A DNA stretch of 64,000 nt, from sequence record NC_047749.1; one strand, 5' to 3'. Positions within the stretch are counted from its first letter, which is position 1. Each line of letters begins with the position of its first letter. This stretch comes from Escherichia phage DT571/2. Of the stretch, positions 55,492 to 64,000 are shown piece after piece. Made by a program: the position numbers and the translations under genes. The notes beneath the pieces are model-generated. The model made no database searches. It saw nothing but the letters and a program-made list of their open reading frames with translations, and was not told the DNA's origin.

Positions 55492-56274
55492 TTGATGAAA
55501 ATCGAAATTCCAACACAATGTCCCTCTTGTGGTTCTAAGCTAGATCTTGTCAACGGACAATTATTCTGTCGTAATAAGTCCAACTGTCCAGCGCAATCAA
55601 GTAAGTTAATTGAGAACTTCTGTACAAAAATGAAGTTAAAGGGCTTTGGCCCGAAAACTATTGAGAAGCTGGAGCTGACGAAGATTTCAGAACTATTTTA
55701 CCTAACCGAAGAAGATTTGGTTAGAGCCGTGGGTAGCAAGGTTGCCGCTAAGTTAATTAGCGAATTAAATACTAAAGTTCGCGGAGACATTGACTTTGGT
55801 TCAGTTCTCGGTTCTTTAGGAATCCCTCTAATTGGAGAGGTTGCAGCAAAGAAATTATCCCAAAATTGCACTAGCTTCCACGATGTGAAGGCTGACGGCA
55901 AGGCTGGAGAAAACTATAAAGCCTGGCTAAATTCCCCACAAGGCAAGGATGTTATCGAATTACCGTGGAAATTCTCAAATGGTATTAAAGGTGCTAAAGC
56001 TGACATCATCATTACAGATGAATTAGTTGCCCCGCCAAATGGAATCACGGTGTGTATTACCGGATCTTTGCAAGATTTTGCAAATCGAACGGATGCAACA
56101 AACTATCTAGAAGGTCTAGGGTATACTGTTAAAAAATCAGTTACCAAAGACGTTAAATACCTCATCTGTGAGGATGAATCTAAGCGTTCTTCCTCATCTT
56201 ATAAGAAAGCCGAAACGAATGGGATAGAAATCCTGTCGATTAAAGAACTATTGGAGAAAAATAATAATGTCTAA
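55492..56274 (+). CDS. NAD-dependent DNA ligase, C-terminal part (Zn finger, HhH, BRCT-like)
   Basis: 260 aa; four-Cys zinc finger CPSCGS...CRNKSNC. Confidence 0.8.
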   Translation: MMKIEIPTQCPSCGSKLDLVNGQLFCRNKSNCPAQSSKLIENFCTKMKLKGFGPKTIEKLELTKISELFYLTEEDLVRAVGSKVAAKLISELNTKVRGDIDFGSVLGSLGIPLIGEVAAKKLSQNCTSFHDVKADGKAGENYKAWLNSPQGKDVIELPWKFSNGIKGAKADIIITDELVAPPNGITVCITGSLQDFANRTDATNYLEGLGYTVKKSVTKDVKYLICEDESKRSSSSYKKAETNGIEILSIKELLEKNNNV

Positions 56275-57034
56275 ACTGAACTGGAACGTAGAAGGTGTAA
56301 CCGAGTCTCTGAAAGCAAAAGCCACTGCTCTGGGTGTTGCTGTAATCTCTCAAGAACAAGTAGCTGCTATCGCTGCTGAACTGGCTGCTGAAACTGGCAA
56401 AGACGTTACCGCTCGCTCTGTTGGCTCTAAGCTGCGTAAAGAAGGTTTCGAAGTACAGAAAGCTAACGAAGTACAGAAATCCCCGTGGACTCCTGAGCAG
56501 GAAGCTGAACTGGTTGATTTCCTGAACTCTCATGCTGGTCAGTATACTTATGCTGAAATCGCTGCTGCTGTAGCTGGTGGTCAGTTCGGTGCTAAACAGG
56601 TACAGGGTAAGATCCTGAGTCTGGAAATGACCGCTTCTGTTAAACCAACTGAAAAAGCTGCTGCTGTTCGTTCCTTCACTCCGGATGAAGAAACTGATTT
56701 TGTTAATCAGGTTGTTGCTGGTGCTACTATTGAAGCTATCGCTGCCCACTTCGGTCGCAATATTAAGCAGATCCGTGGTAAAGCTCTGAGTCTGCTTCGT
56801 GAAGGTCGTATCGCTGCTATGCCGGTACAGGAAACTTCAAGTGCTAAAACTCGTGAAGATCTGCTAGAAGGTCTGGATCTGGCTAACATGACTGTTGCTG
56901 AGATCGCTGAGAAAACTGGTAAGTCTGAGCGCGGTGTTAAATCTATGCTGTCTCGTCGTGGTCTGGTTGCTAAGGACTATGATGGTGCCGCTAAGCGTGC
57001 TAAACTGGATGCAAAAGCTGCGGCTGCTGAATAA
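56267..57034 (+). CDS. Ala-rich abundant protein, possibly T5 D5-like DNA-binding protein
   Basis: 255 aa; strongly biased codon usage; followed by terminator. Confidence 0.55.
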   Translation: MSKLNWNVEGVTESLKAKATALGVAVISQEQVAAIAAELAAETGKDVTARSVGSKLRKEGFEVQKANEVQKSPWTPEQEAELVDFLNSHAGQYTYAEIAAAVAGGQFGAKQVQGKILSLEMTASVKPTEKAAAVRSFTPDEETDFVNQVVAGATIEAIAAHFGRNIKQIRGKALSLLREGRIAAMPVQETSSAKTREDLLEGLDLANMTVAEIAEKTGKSERGVKSMLSRRGLVAKDYDGAAKRAKLDAKAAAAE

Positions 57035-57051
57035 TCTGGTAAATTAAACCT

Positions 57052-57084
57052 AAGGGGAGGGGGCTATGCTCCTTCCCCTTTTTG
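57052..57084 (+). terminator. rho-independent terminator
   Basis: stem AAGGGGA/TCCCCTT then TTTTT. Confidence 0.6.
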
Positions 57085-58589
57085 CATTTAGAAGGCACGA
57101 AAGCGTGCAAAGGAGAATGACCTTGTTTAACGTGCAAGCTGTAGTGTTGAAGATGCTTCTAGCTTCAGAACAGAAGCAAATAGCATTGGAAACATTCTCA
57201 AAACTGCATAAAGATCATTTTAATGACGCTTTCTCCTCAATTTACCAAGCCGTCCAGAATTATTATAAAAAGTATAACACAATGCCGTCCATTGACGCAC
57301 TGATGCTTGAGGCTAATAGGAACGCCCGCCTTTCTCAAGCTCTAGTCGTTTTAGCTAACACTCAAATTCCAGAAGTTAGCATGGAACAGGCACTTGAAGT
57401 CCTAGAGGCCGAGTATACACAGGATTTATTCCTGAAGCTTCTAGAAACAGACGTGCTTCAAGATTTAACAATGCTGGATCAGGGAGAAATTCTTAACCGA
57501 GTTGCCTCCCTTCACTTAAAATTAGAAGAGAAAGTAACGAATACTGGAAAAGTATTCAACGCAGATAACATGCGTATTTTCCAGAGAGAAGAAGATACCA
57601 AACTGAACTTAATCGCTCTTGGTATTTGTAATGAGTTCGACGCTCAAATTGGTTTAGCTCGCACAGAAACGTTACTGCTTGGTGGTTGGCGTGGTACTGG
57701 TAAATCCATTATCTGTTCAAACATACAGGTTCAGCAATATTTGAATGGAGATATTGCTCCATACTTCTCAATTGAGATGAAAGAACATGAAGTATTTAGA
57801 CGTAATCTAGCTATGTTAGCTGGTGTATCAGCACTAGCAATGCGTAATAATACTCTAGAAGGTGCAGCTCTGTTGAGATTAGCCAGAACTAGAGCTAGGA
57901 TGTTTAACGGTGGTGAAGAGCTTTTCGATAACTTCGTTAAACAGTATACAATGGCTAAGATGTGTGATTTCTACGATATGGAAAGTAAGCTAATAGAAGG
58001 GTATGAGCTACATACTCCTATGATTATTGTTTATGATCCTGAGCTGTCTATTACAACAGTTGACGTAGAATTAAATAAATTAGTTGCTAGATACGGGGAT
58101 AAAGTTACAGTAGCTTTACTAGACTATATTAACCAAACCCGACTTCCAGACTCTAAAACCATTGATATGTATGACTGGAAAGAACAGATGGTTGTTAGCT
58201 CGTCTTTCAAATCTATCTGCCAGAAACATAACGTGGCTGGTGTAGCTCCTTACCAGATCGATCAAGATGGTAGAACACGTATGTCGAAGGGGATTCTTGA
58301 TTCCGCAGACATGGCTGCTAATCTTAATGCTGCAAAAGCTGATAATGGTCAAGGTGCTATTATGTTTGACTTCGTTAAGACTCGGTCTTCTGATAGCGTG
58401 AAGTTTATGCCTAAAATGAACTGGGAAACCCTGCGGATGGATAACACTACCAACCTAGCAATGGAAGATATATCTCAAATGGAAGCTGAGTTCGTTATCC
58501 CTATTGAGAAGGATAAGCCGGCTCAATCCAAACGTGCTAAGAAAGACAAAGCTGAAAATTCAACAGGTGAACAGGCCAGCGATATATGA
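57066..58589 (+). CDS. DnaB-like replicative helicase (true start probably ATG at 57117)
   Basis: Walker A GGWRGTGKS; track start lies inside terminator hairpin; AGGAGA SD precedes 57117. Confidence 0.8.
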   Translation: MLLPLFAFRRHESVQRRMTLFNVQAVVLKMLLASEQKQIALETFSKLHKDHFNDAFSSIYQAVQNYYKKYNTMPSIDALMLEANRNARLSQALVVLANTQIPEVSMEQALEVLEAEYTQDLFLKLLETDVLQDLTMLDQGEILNRVASLHLKLEEKVTNTGKVFNADNMRIFQREEDTKLNLIALGICNEFDAQIGLARTETLLLGGWRGTGKSIICSNIQVQQYLNGDIAPYFSIEMKEHEVFRRNLAMLAGVSALAMRNNTLEGAALLRLARTRARMFNGGEELFDNFVKQYTMAKMCDFYDMESKLIEGYELHTPMIIVYDPELSITTVDVELNKLVARYGDKVTVALLDYINQTRLPDSKTIDMYDWKEQMVVSSSFKSICQKHNVAGVAPYQIDQDGRTRMSKGILDSADMAANLNAAKADNGQGAIMFDFVKTRSSDSVKFMPKMNWETLRMDNTTNLAMEDISQMEAEFVIPIEKDKPAQSKRAKKDKAENSTGEQASDI

Positions 58590-59476
58590 GTAGAATAACA
58601 GAACTACTTGATCTGAAAGGCATTGAGTATAAAGACACAGGTGGGGACATCCTCATCTGTTGTCTCAACCCAGATCATGATGATAAACACCCAAGTTTGC
58701 GTATTGACCCTGAAACAGGTATTATGCACTGCTTGAGTTGTGGCTTCGGTAAAGGTATACCGAGCATTTACCATTATTTTAATGAGACTCAGTACCGACA
58801 GTCCCCAAGACTATCCCAAGTACGTAAAAAGATTTCAGAGATTAGAAATGGATCTACAAATCTTGCAATCCCAGAATCTGCTTTTCTTTTTGAAGGTGAT
58901 TTCCGGGGTATCAGTTCTAAGACCTTAAAGAAATATTTTGCTTTCCAACACCAAGAGGACTGGGAGGGCAGAATTGTATTCCCAATCACAGATGCTGTTG
59001 GACGCAATATCCTATTTTTGGGTCGTTCTATAAACAGTTCTGCCCCTCCTAAATACTTAGTAAAACCAAAACAAGTTTCACCACCAATTTTCCCTGTACG
59101 ATATAATACTCCAGTTCTTATTCTAGTTGAAGGCATCTTTGATATGCTGAAGCTAGAGGATAATGGTATAGACTATGCTTCCTGCTGCTTTGGTACACAT
59201 CAGTTTACTTCTGATAACATTGCAGATAAGTTCAGTCCTTATATTATTGCCGGCGTAAAAGTTGTTGTTATCTTACTAGATAATGATGCTTCTGGTAATA
59301 AAGCTGCACAAGCACTGGCCAAGCTAATTCGTACAAAAACGCGTTTAACACCTGTAGTTGCTAACTTTCTTCTGCCTGAAGGTAAAGACCCTGGTGATTT
59401 AAATAAAGAAGAAGTCGATACGTTAGCAAAACGTATTGAAATTTTAGTTGCTGAATCACTTAAAGATTTGGTATAA
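58586..59476 (+). CDS. DNA primase (zinc finger plus Toprim)
   Basis: 296 aa; CCLNPDH...CLSCGFG zinc finger; Toprim EGIFDMLKL and LDNDASGNKAA. Confidence 0.8.
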   Translation: MSRITELLDLKGIEYKDTGGDILICCLNPDHDDKHPSLRIDPETGIMHCLSCGFGKGIPSIYHYFNETQYRQSPRLSQVRKKISEIRNGSTNLAIPESAFLFEGDFRGISSKTLKKYFAFQHQEDWEGRIVFPITDAVGRNILFLGRSINSSAPPKYLVKPKQVSPPIFPVRYNTPVLILVEGIFDMLKLEDNGIDYASCCFGTHQFTSDNIADKFSPYIIAGVKVVVILLDNDASGNKAAQALAKLIRTKTRLTPVVANFLLPEGKDPGDLNKEEVDTLAKRIEILVAESLKDLV

Positions 59477-59477
59477 T
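59448..59477 (+). promoter_or_regulatory. promoter with extended -10 (TGGTATAAT) for the polymerase gene
   Basis: TTGCTG-18-TATAAT overlapping end of primase gene. Confidence 0.5.
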
Positions 59478-59538
59478 ATATTGGTAAGTTAGAGAAGAAA
59501 CACTGAAGTTATACTTACTTACCAAGAGGAGATTAAAT

Positions 59539-62106
59539 TTGAAAATCGCAGTAGTTGATAAAGCTCTAAACAACACTCGTTACGATAAACATTTCCAGCT
59601 ATACGGCGAGGAAGTTGATGTATTCCATATGTGTAACGAGAAGTTGTCCGGTCGTTTGCTCAAAAAGCATATTACTATCGGGACCCCGGAAAACCCATTT
59701 GACCCGAATGATTATGATTTTGTTATACTGGTAGGTGCCGAACCTTTCCTGTACTTTGCGGGTAAGAAAGGTATTGGTGATTATACTGGTAAACGTGTAG
59801 AGTATAATGGATATGCTAACTGGATTGCTAGTATCAGCCCAGCCCAGCTACACTTTAAACCTGAAATGAAACCAGTTTTTGATGCAACAGTAGAGAATAT
59901 CCACGATATTATCAATGGTCGTGAGAAGATTGCAAAAGCTGGTGATTACCGTCCTATTACTGACCCCGACAAGGCAGAAGAATATATCAAGATGGTGTAT
60001 AATATGGTTATCGGACCTGTCGCATTCGACTCCGAAACCTCAGCACTATACTGTCGAGATGGTTATCTGCTTGGTGTTTCTATGTCTCACCAAGAGTATC
60101 AGGGTGTATATATCGATTCTGATTGTCTTACAGAAGTTGCAGTATATTATCTCCAGAAAATTCTGGATAGTGAAAACCATACTATTGTTTTTCACAACTT
60201 GAAGTTTGATATGCACTTTTATAAGTACCATCTGGGACTTACTTTTGATAAAGCACATAAAGAACACAGGCTCCATGATACCATGTTGCAGCATTATGTT
60301 CTAGATGAACGTCGTGGTACTCATGGCTTGAAATCTCTAGCAATGAAGTATACCGATATGGGTGACTATGACTTCGAACTAGATAAGTTCAAAGATGATT
60401 ACTGCAAAGCACATAAAATCAAGAAAGAAGATTTCACCTATGATTTGATTCCATTTGATATTATGTGGCCTTACGCTGCAAAAGATACAGATGCTACCCT
60501 ACGTTTACACAACTTCTTTTTACCAAAAATTGAGAAGAATGAAAAACTTTGCAGTCTGTATTACGATGTTCTAATGCCTGGTTGTGTATTCCTACAGCGT
60601 GTCGAAGATCGTGGCGTACCTATCTCTATTGATCGTTTGAAAGAAGCTCAGTATCAATTGACTCATAATTTGAATAAAGCCCGTGAGAAACTGTACACTT
60701 ATCCAGAAGTTAAACAGCTAGAACAAGATCAGAATGTAGCATTTAACCCGAACTCTGTTAAACAACTTCGTGTTCTTCTATTCGATTATGTTGGTTTGAC
60801 TCCAACTGGTAAGTTAACGGATACTGGTGCAGATTCTACAAACGCAGAAGCTCTGAATGAACTGGCAACCCAGCATCCGATTGCTAAAACTCTTCTAGAG
60901 ATTCGTAAGCTGACTAAGCTGATCTCTACTTACGTTGAGAAGATTCTACTGAGTATTGATGCAGATGGTTGCATTCGTACTGGTTTCCATGAACATATGA
61001 CTACTTCTGGTCGTCTGAGTTCTTCTGGTAAACTGAACCTGCAACAGCTACCTCGTGATGAATCTATCATTAAGGGTTGTGTAGTTGCACCACCTGGATA
61101 CCGTGTAATCGCATGGGACTTAACAACTGCGGAAGTTTATTATGCTGCTGTTCTATCTGGTGATAGAAATATGCAACAAGTATTTATTAACATGAGAAAT
61201 GAACCTGATAAATACCCTGACTTCCACTCTAACATCGCCCACATGGTATTTAAATTGCAATGTGAACCTCGTGATGTTAAAAAGTTATTCCCAGCTCTGC
61301 GTCAAGCAGCTAAGGCAATTACCTTTGGTATTTTGTACGGTTCTGGCCCGGCTAAAGTAGCACATTCTGTTAACGAAGCATTGCTAGAACAAGCAGCCAA
61401 AACTGGGGAACCATTTGTTGAATGTACTGTTGCAGATGCTAAAGAGTACATTGAGACTTACTTTGGTCAATTCCCACAGCTTAAGCGTTGGATTGATAAG
61501 TGCCACGATCAGATCAAGAATCATGGATTTATCTATAGTCACTTTGGTCGTAAACGTCGTCTGCATAATATCCACTCCGAAGACCGTGGTGTTCAGGGTG
61601 AAGAAATCCGTTCTGGATTTAACGCAATCATTCAGTCTGCTTCTTCTGATAGTCTCCTTTTAGGTGCTGTAGATGCAGATAATGAGATCATTTCTCTTGG
61701 CCTAGAACAAGAGATGAAGATTGTTATGCTGGTTCATGACTCCGTAGTTGCTATTGTTCGTGAAGACTTGATTGATCAATACAATGAGATCCTGATTCGT
61801 AATATTCAGAAAGACCGTGGTATCAGTATTCCTGGCTGTCCAATTGGTATTGATTCAGATTCTGAAGCTGGAGGTTCTCGTGACTATTCTTGTGGTAAGA
61901 TGAAGAAACAGCACCCATCAATCGCTTGTATTGATGATGACGAATATACTCGTTACGTTAAAGAAATGCTTCTTGATTCTGAATTCGAGTATAAGAAATT
62001 AGCTGCAATGGATAAAGAGCATCCAGACCACAGCAAGTACAAGGATGATAAGTTTATTGCTGTATGTAAAGATCTGGATAACGTGAAAAGGGTTCTCGGT
62101 GCTTAA
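59539..62106 (+). CDS. family A DNA polymerase (T5 DNA polymerase-like, TTG start)
   Basis: 855 aa, the size of T5 Pol; 3'-5' exo motif FDSETSAL and Pol A motifs. Confidence 0.9.
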   Translation: MKIAVVDKALNNTRYDKHFQLYGEEVDVFHMCNEKLSGRLLKKHITIGTPENPFDPNDYDFVILVGAEPFLYFAGKKGIGDYTGKRVEYNGYANWIASISPAQLHFKPEMKPVFDATVENIHDIINGREKIAKAGDYRPITDPDKAEEYIKMVYNMVIGPVAFDSETSALYCRDGYLLGVSMSHQEYQGVYIDSDCLTEVAVYYLQKILDSENHTIVFHNLKFDMHFYKYHLGLTFDKAHKEHRLHDTMLQHYVLDERRGTHGLKSLAMKYTDMGDYDFELDKFKDDYCKAHKIKKEDFTYDLIPFDIMWPYAAKDTDATLRLHNFFLPKIEKNEKLCSLYYDVLMPGCVFLQRVEDRGVPISIDRLKEAQYQLTHNLNKAREKLYTYPEVKQLEQDQNVAFNPNSVKQLRVLLFDYVGLTPTGKLTDTGADSTNAEALNELATQHPIAKTLLEIRKLTKLISTYVEKILLSIDADGCIRTGFHEHMTTSGRLSSSGKLNLQQLPRDESIIKGCVVAPPGYRVIAWDLTTAEVYYAAVLSGDRNMQQVFINMRNEPDKYPDFHSNIAHMVFKLQCEPRDVKKLFPALRQAAKAITFGILYGSGPAKVAHSVNEALLEQAAKTGEPFVECTVADAKEYIETYFGQFPQLKRWIDKCHDQIKNHGFIYSHFGRKRRLHNIHSEDRGVQGEEIRSGFNAIIQSASSDSLLLGAVDADNEIISLGLEQEMKIVMLVHDSVVAIVREDLIDQYNEILIRNIQKDRGISIPGCPIGIDSDSEAGGSRDYSCGKMKKQHPSIACIDDDEYTRYVKEMLLDSEFEYKKLAAMDKEHPDHSKYKDDKFIAVCKDLDNVKRVLGA

Positions 62107-62596
62107 TTTCAAATTGCCCGTCTATGCGTTACGGGCGTTTGTATCAATTGAGCAAGAAGGTGATTATTCCGTAATTACAACAAGATATAATAAATATGTG
62201 CTAGATAACAGGAAGTTGCCTGGCACGTTTTCTCAACGTAGGCTTATTCTATTTGAGAAACGGAAAGAATTACCATATAAGCTCTATCCTATTAGAGGTA
62301 GAATATCAATGTTGTCTCAATTAGTTGGGTCAAAGCGTAACCAATTTGTAGATTCTGATGGAAATCTTATTAATTGGAAGAAAACTACGTTCTATGATGT
62401 TGTCACCTCTAAAGTTTTGCATTCAGCTAGAATTTACAATGGAAAATACCAATGCTATGTGGCTAAAGTCCCTTATCCATTTGTATTATCCTATGTTCCA
62501 GCTTATATAAGCTATATTCTGGTAAATAATAGCCCTGTTATTTATCAAGTCCATCAAGAGGAGCCTGAAATTCCTAGACTTAGAATAAAATTATGA
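62099..62596 (+). CDS. hypothetical protein
   Basis: 165-aa ORF between polymerase and helicase. Confidence 0.5.
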   Translation: MLNFKLPVYALRAFVSIEQEGDYSVITTRYNKYVLDNRKLPGTFSQRRLILFEKRKELPYKLYPIRGRISMLSQLVGSKRNQFVDSDGNLINWKKTTFYDVVTSKVLHSARIYNGKYQCYVAKVPYPFVLSYVPAYISYILVNNSPVIYQVHQEEPEIPRLRIKL

Positions 62597-63945
62597 AGGT
62601 TGTTATATCTAATAAAGCCTATTTCAAGCCCGATGATGAACTTTGGGATTATTGTAGTAAGCAAACCACTTACCACATAGAGACAATGACTAGTAAATAC
62701 CCTATTATGTATAAGAATAGTGGTGTTGTTGCCAAAGAGATTAAGTGGATTCCTATTACACGTCTGGATTTACTAGATGCTAAAGGAATAAAATACGAAT
62801 TAGTTGATAAACGCACGTTAGCTCCGGTAGATATACCAAAACCGTCGTTTAAACTGCGTGAAGAAGATCAGCTTCCAATATATGAAGAATGCGATGATAC
62901 CTGCATTATTAATGGTAAGCCTGGGTTTGGTAAAACTATCCTAGCCCTTGCACTTGCGTATAAATTTGGCCAGAAAACTTTGGTAATCTGTACGAATACA
63001 TCCATTCGTGAAATGTGGGCAGCAGAAGTTCGTAAATGGTTTGGGTTTGAACCGGGCATCATAGGTTCTGGGAAATACAATATCGATCCACCAATTGTAG
63101 TCAGTAATATTCAAACAGTGAATAAACATGCGAATAATCTTTCTAAAGTATTCGGTACTGTTATAGTTGATGAAGTTCACCATTGTGTGGCTACAACTTT
63201 CACTAACTTCCTAGAAATATCATGTGCTCGCTATAAAATTGGACTATCTGGTACGTTAAAACGTAAGGATGGCTTGCAAGTTATGTTCAAAGATTTCTTT
63301 GGATATAAAATATTTAGCCCGCCGGTTAATAATACTGTTGCACCTACAATCCATAGGTACTCCGTACCAGTTGAATTGTCTGGAAACCAAAACGTACCGT
63401 GGGCATTACGTGCTAACGATGTGTATAACCACCCTGAATATCGAGGAGCTATTATAAACCTAGCACATTTATATGTGAATATGGGACATAAAGTACTCAT
63501 TGTAAGTGATAGAACAGAGTTAATCCAAACAGTACTAGAAGCTCTTACGCAGCGGGGTGTCACAACATATGAAATTATAGGGGCAACCCACTTAGATGAC
63601 CGATTAAAAATTCAGGAAGATATAGCAAAAGGTGGGCCTTGTGTACTTGCAGCAGCTCAAAGTATCTTCTCTGAGGGTATTTCCCTTAATGAGCTATCTT
63701 GTTTAATAATGGGAAGCCTCATTAATAATGAATCTCTCATTGAACAGCTTGCAGGCCGTGTTCAACGTATTGTCGATGGTAAACTCGACCCTATTGTTGT
63801 AGATCTAATTATGAAGGGGGGCACTGGACTAAGACAGGCTTCTGGACGTATGGCAGTATATCGTAACAACGGGTGGAAAACTATTACTATGACTCCAGAG
63901 AAAGCAGTTCAATTAGCTAAAATTGCATTTGGCAACAGCTCATAA
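62593..63945 (+). CDS. SF2 helicase (T5 D10-like)
   Basis: 450 aa; Walker A GKPGFGKT, DEVHH box. Confidence 0.8.
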   Translation: MKVVISNKAYFKPDDELWDYCSKQTTYHIETMTSKYPIMYKNSGVVAKEIKWIPITRLDLLDAKGIKYELVDKRTLAPVDIPKPSFKLREEDQLPIYEECDDTCIINGKPGFGKTILALALAYKFGQKTLVICTNTSIREMWAAEVRKWFGFEPGIIGSGKYNIDPPIVVSNIQTVNKHANNLSKVFGTVIVDEVHHCVATTFTNFLEISCARYKIGLSGTLKRKDGLQVMFKDFFGYKIFSPPVNNTVAPTIHRYSVPVELSGNQNVPWALRANDVYNHPEYRGAIINLAHLYVNMGHKVLIVSDRTELIQTVLEALTQRGVTTYEIIGATHLDDRLKIQEDIAKGGPCVLAAAQSIFSEGISLNELSCLIMGSLINNESLIEQLAGRVQRIVDGKLDPIVVDLIMKGGTGLRQASGRMAVYRNNGWKTITMTPEKAVQLAKIAFGNSS

Positions 63946-64000
63946 ATGATGTATAATATATACATAAATTTGAGAGAGAAAGTTTCGGATTGATAAGAAA

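Noticed and set aside
39540-63945. Internal or antisense ORFs within large genes (e.g. 40158..40424, 41015..41305, 44198..44383, 50018..50230, 54701..54997, 56240..56749, 58789..59136, 60046..60294, 62868..63563)
   Set aside because: Nested in confidently assigned genes on either strand; no independent support.
1-64000. Integrase, attachment site or prophage boundary
   Set aside because: No recombinase ORF or att-like repeats; gene content is that of a strictly lytic T5-like phage.

Overview
This window is the left ~64 kb of a T5-like siphophage genome (Tequintavirus-type organisation); gene identities are inferred from motifs read in the translated ORFs and from recalled T5 gene order, not from any database search. 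From left to right: (1) a leftward pre-early module (dmp, A2-like, A1 metallophosphoesterase); (2) a 4.5 kb repeat-rich, largely non-coding region with tandem repeats, two inverted DnaA-box clusters, palindromes and a dispersed 14-mer, enclosing a tiny rightward mini-operon; (3) about 16 kb of leftward early genes, mostly small hypotheticals plus phosphatases, thioredoxin-like protein, holin/endolysin, ClpP-like protease, dNMP kinase, spanin-like pair and a GrcA-like glycyl-radical protein; (4) a ~6 kb leftward tRNA cluster with at least 15 tRNAs and several atypical tRNA-like elements, interspersed with small ORFs; (5) a leftward nucleotide-metabolism cassette (RNase H, ThyA, DHFR, NrdB, HNH endonuclease, NrdA, PhoH); (6) rightward operons from 43.2 kb: NrdD, a Sir2-family protein, HAD-like protein, tandem paralogs, a 929-aa NTPase, a two-ORF NAD-dependent DNA ligase, D5-like protein, DnaB-like helicase, primase, family-A DNA polymerase and a helicase. 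Most genes sit behind recurring T5-early-type promoters (TTGCTT-17-TATAAT with a conserved leader). The best candidates for undescribed biology are the Sir2/HAD/paralog cluster, the co-oriented 14-mer array, the GrcA-like protein, the atypical tRNA-like elements and a promoter-driven ORF-free 600-nt region. tRNA and promoter coordinates were derived by hand and may be off by a few bases.
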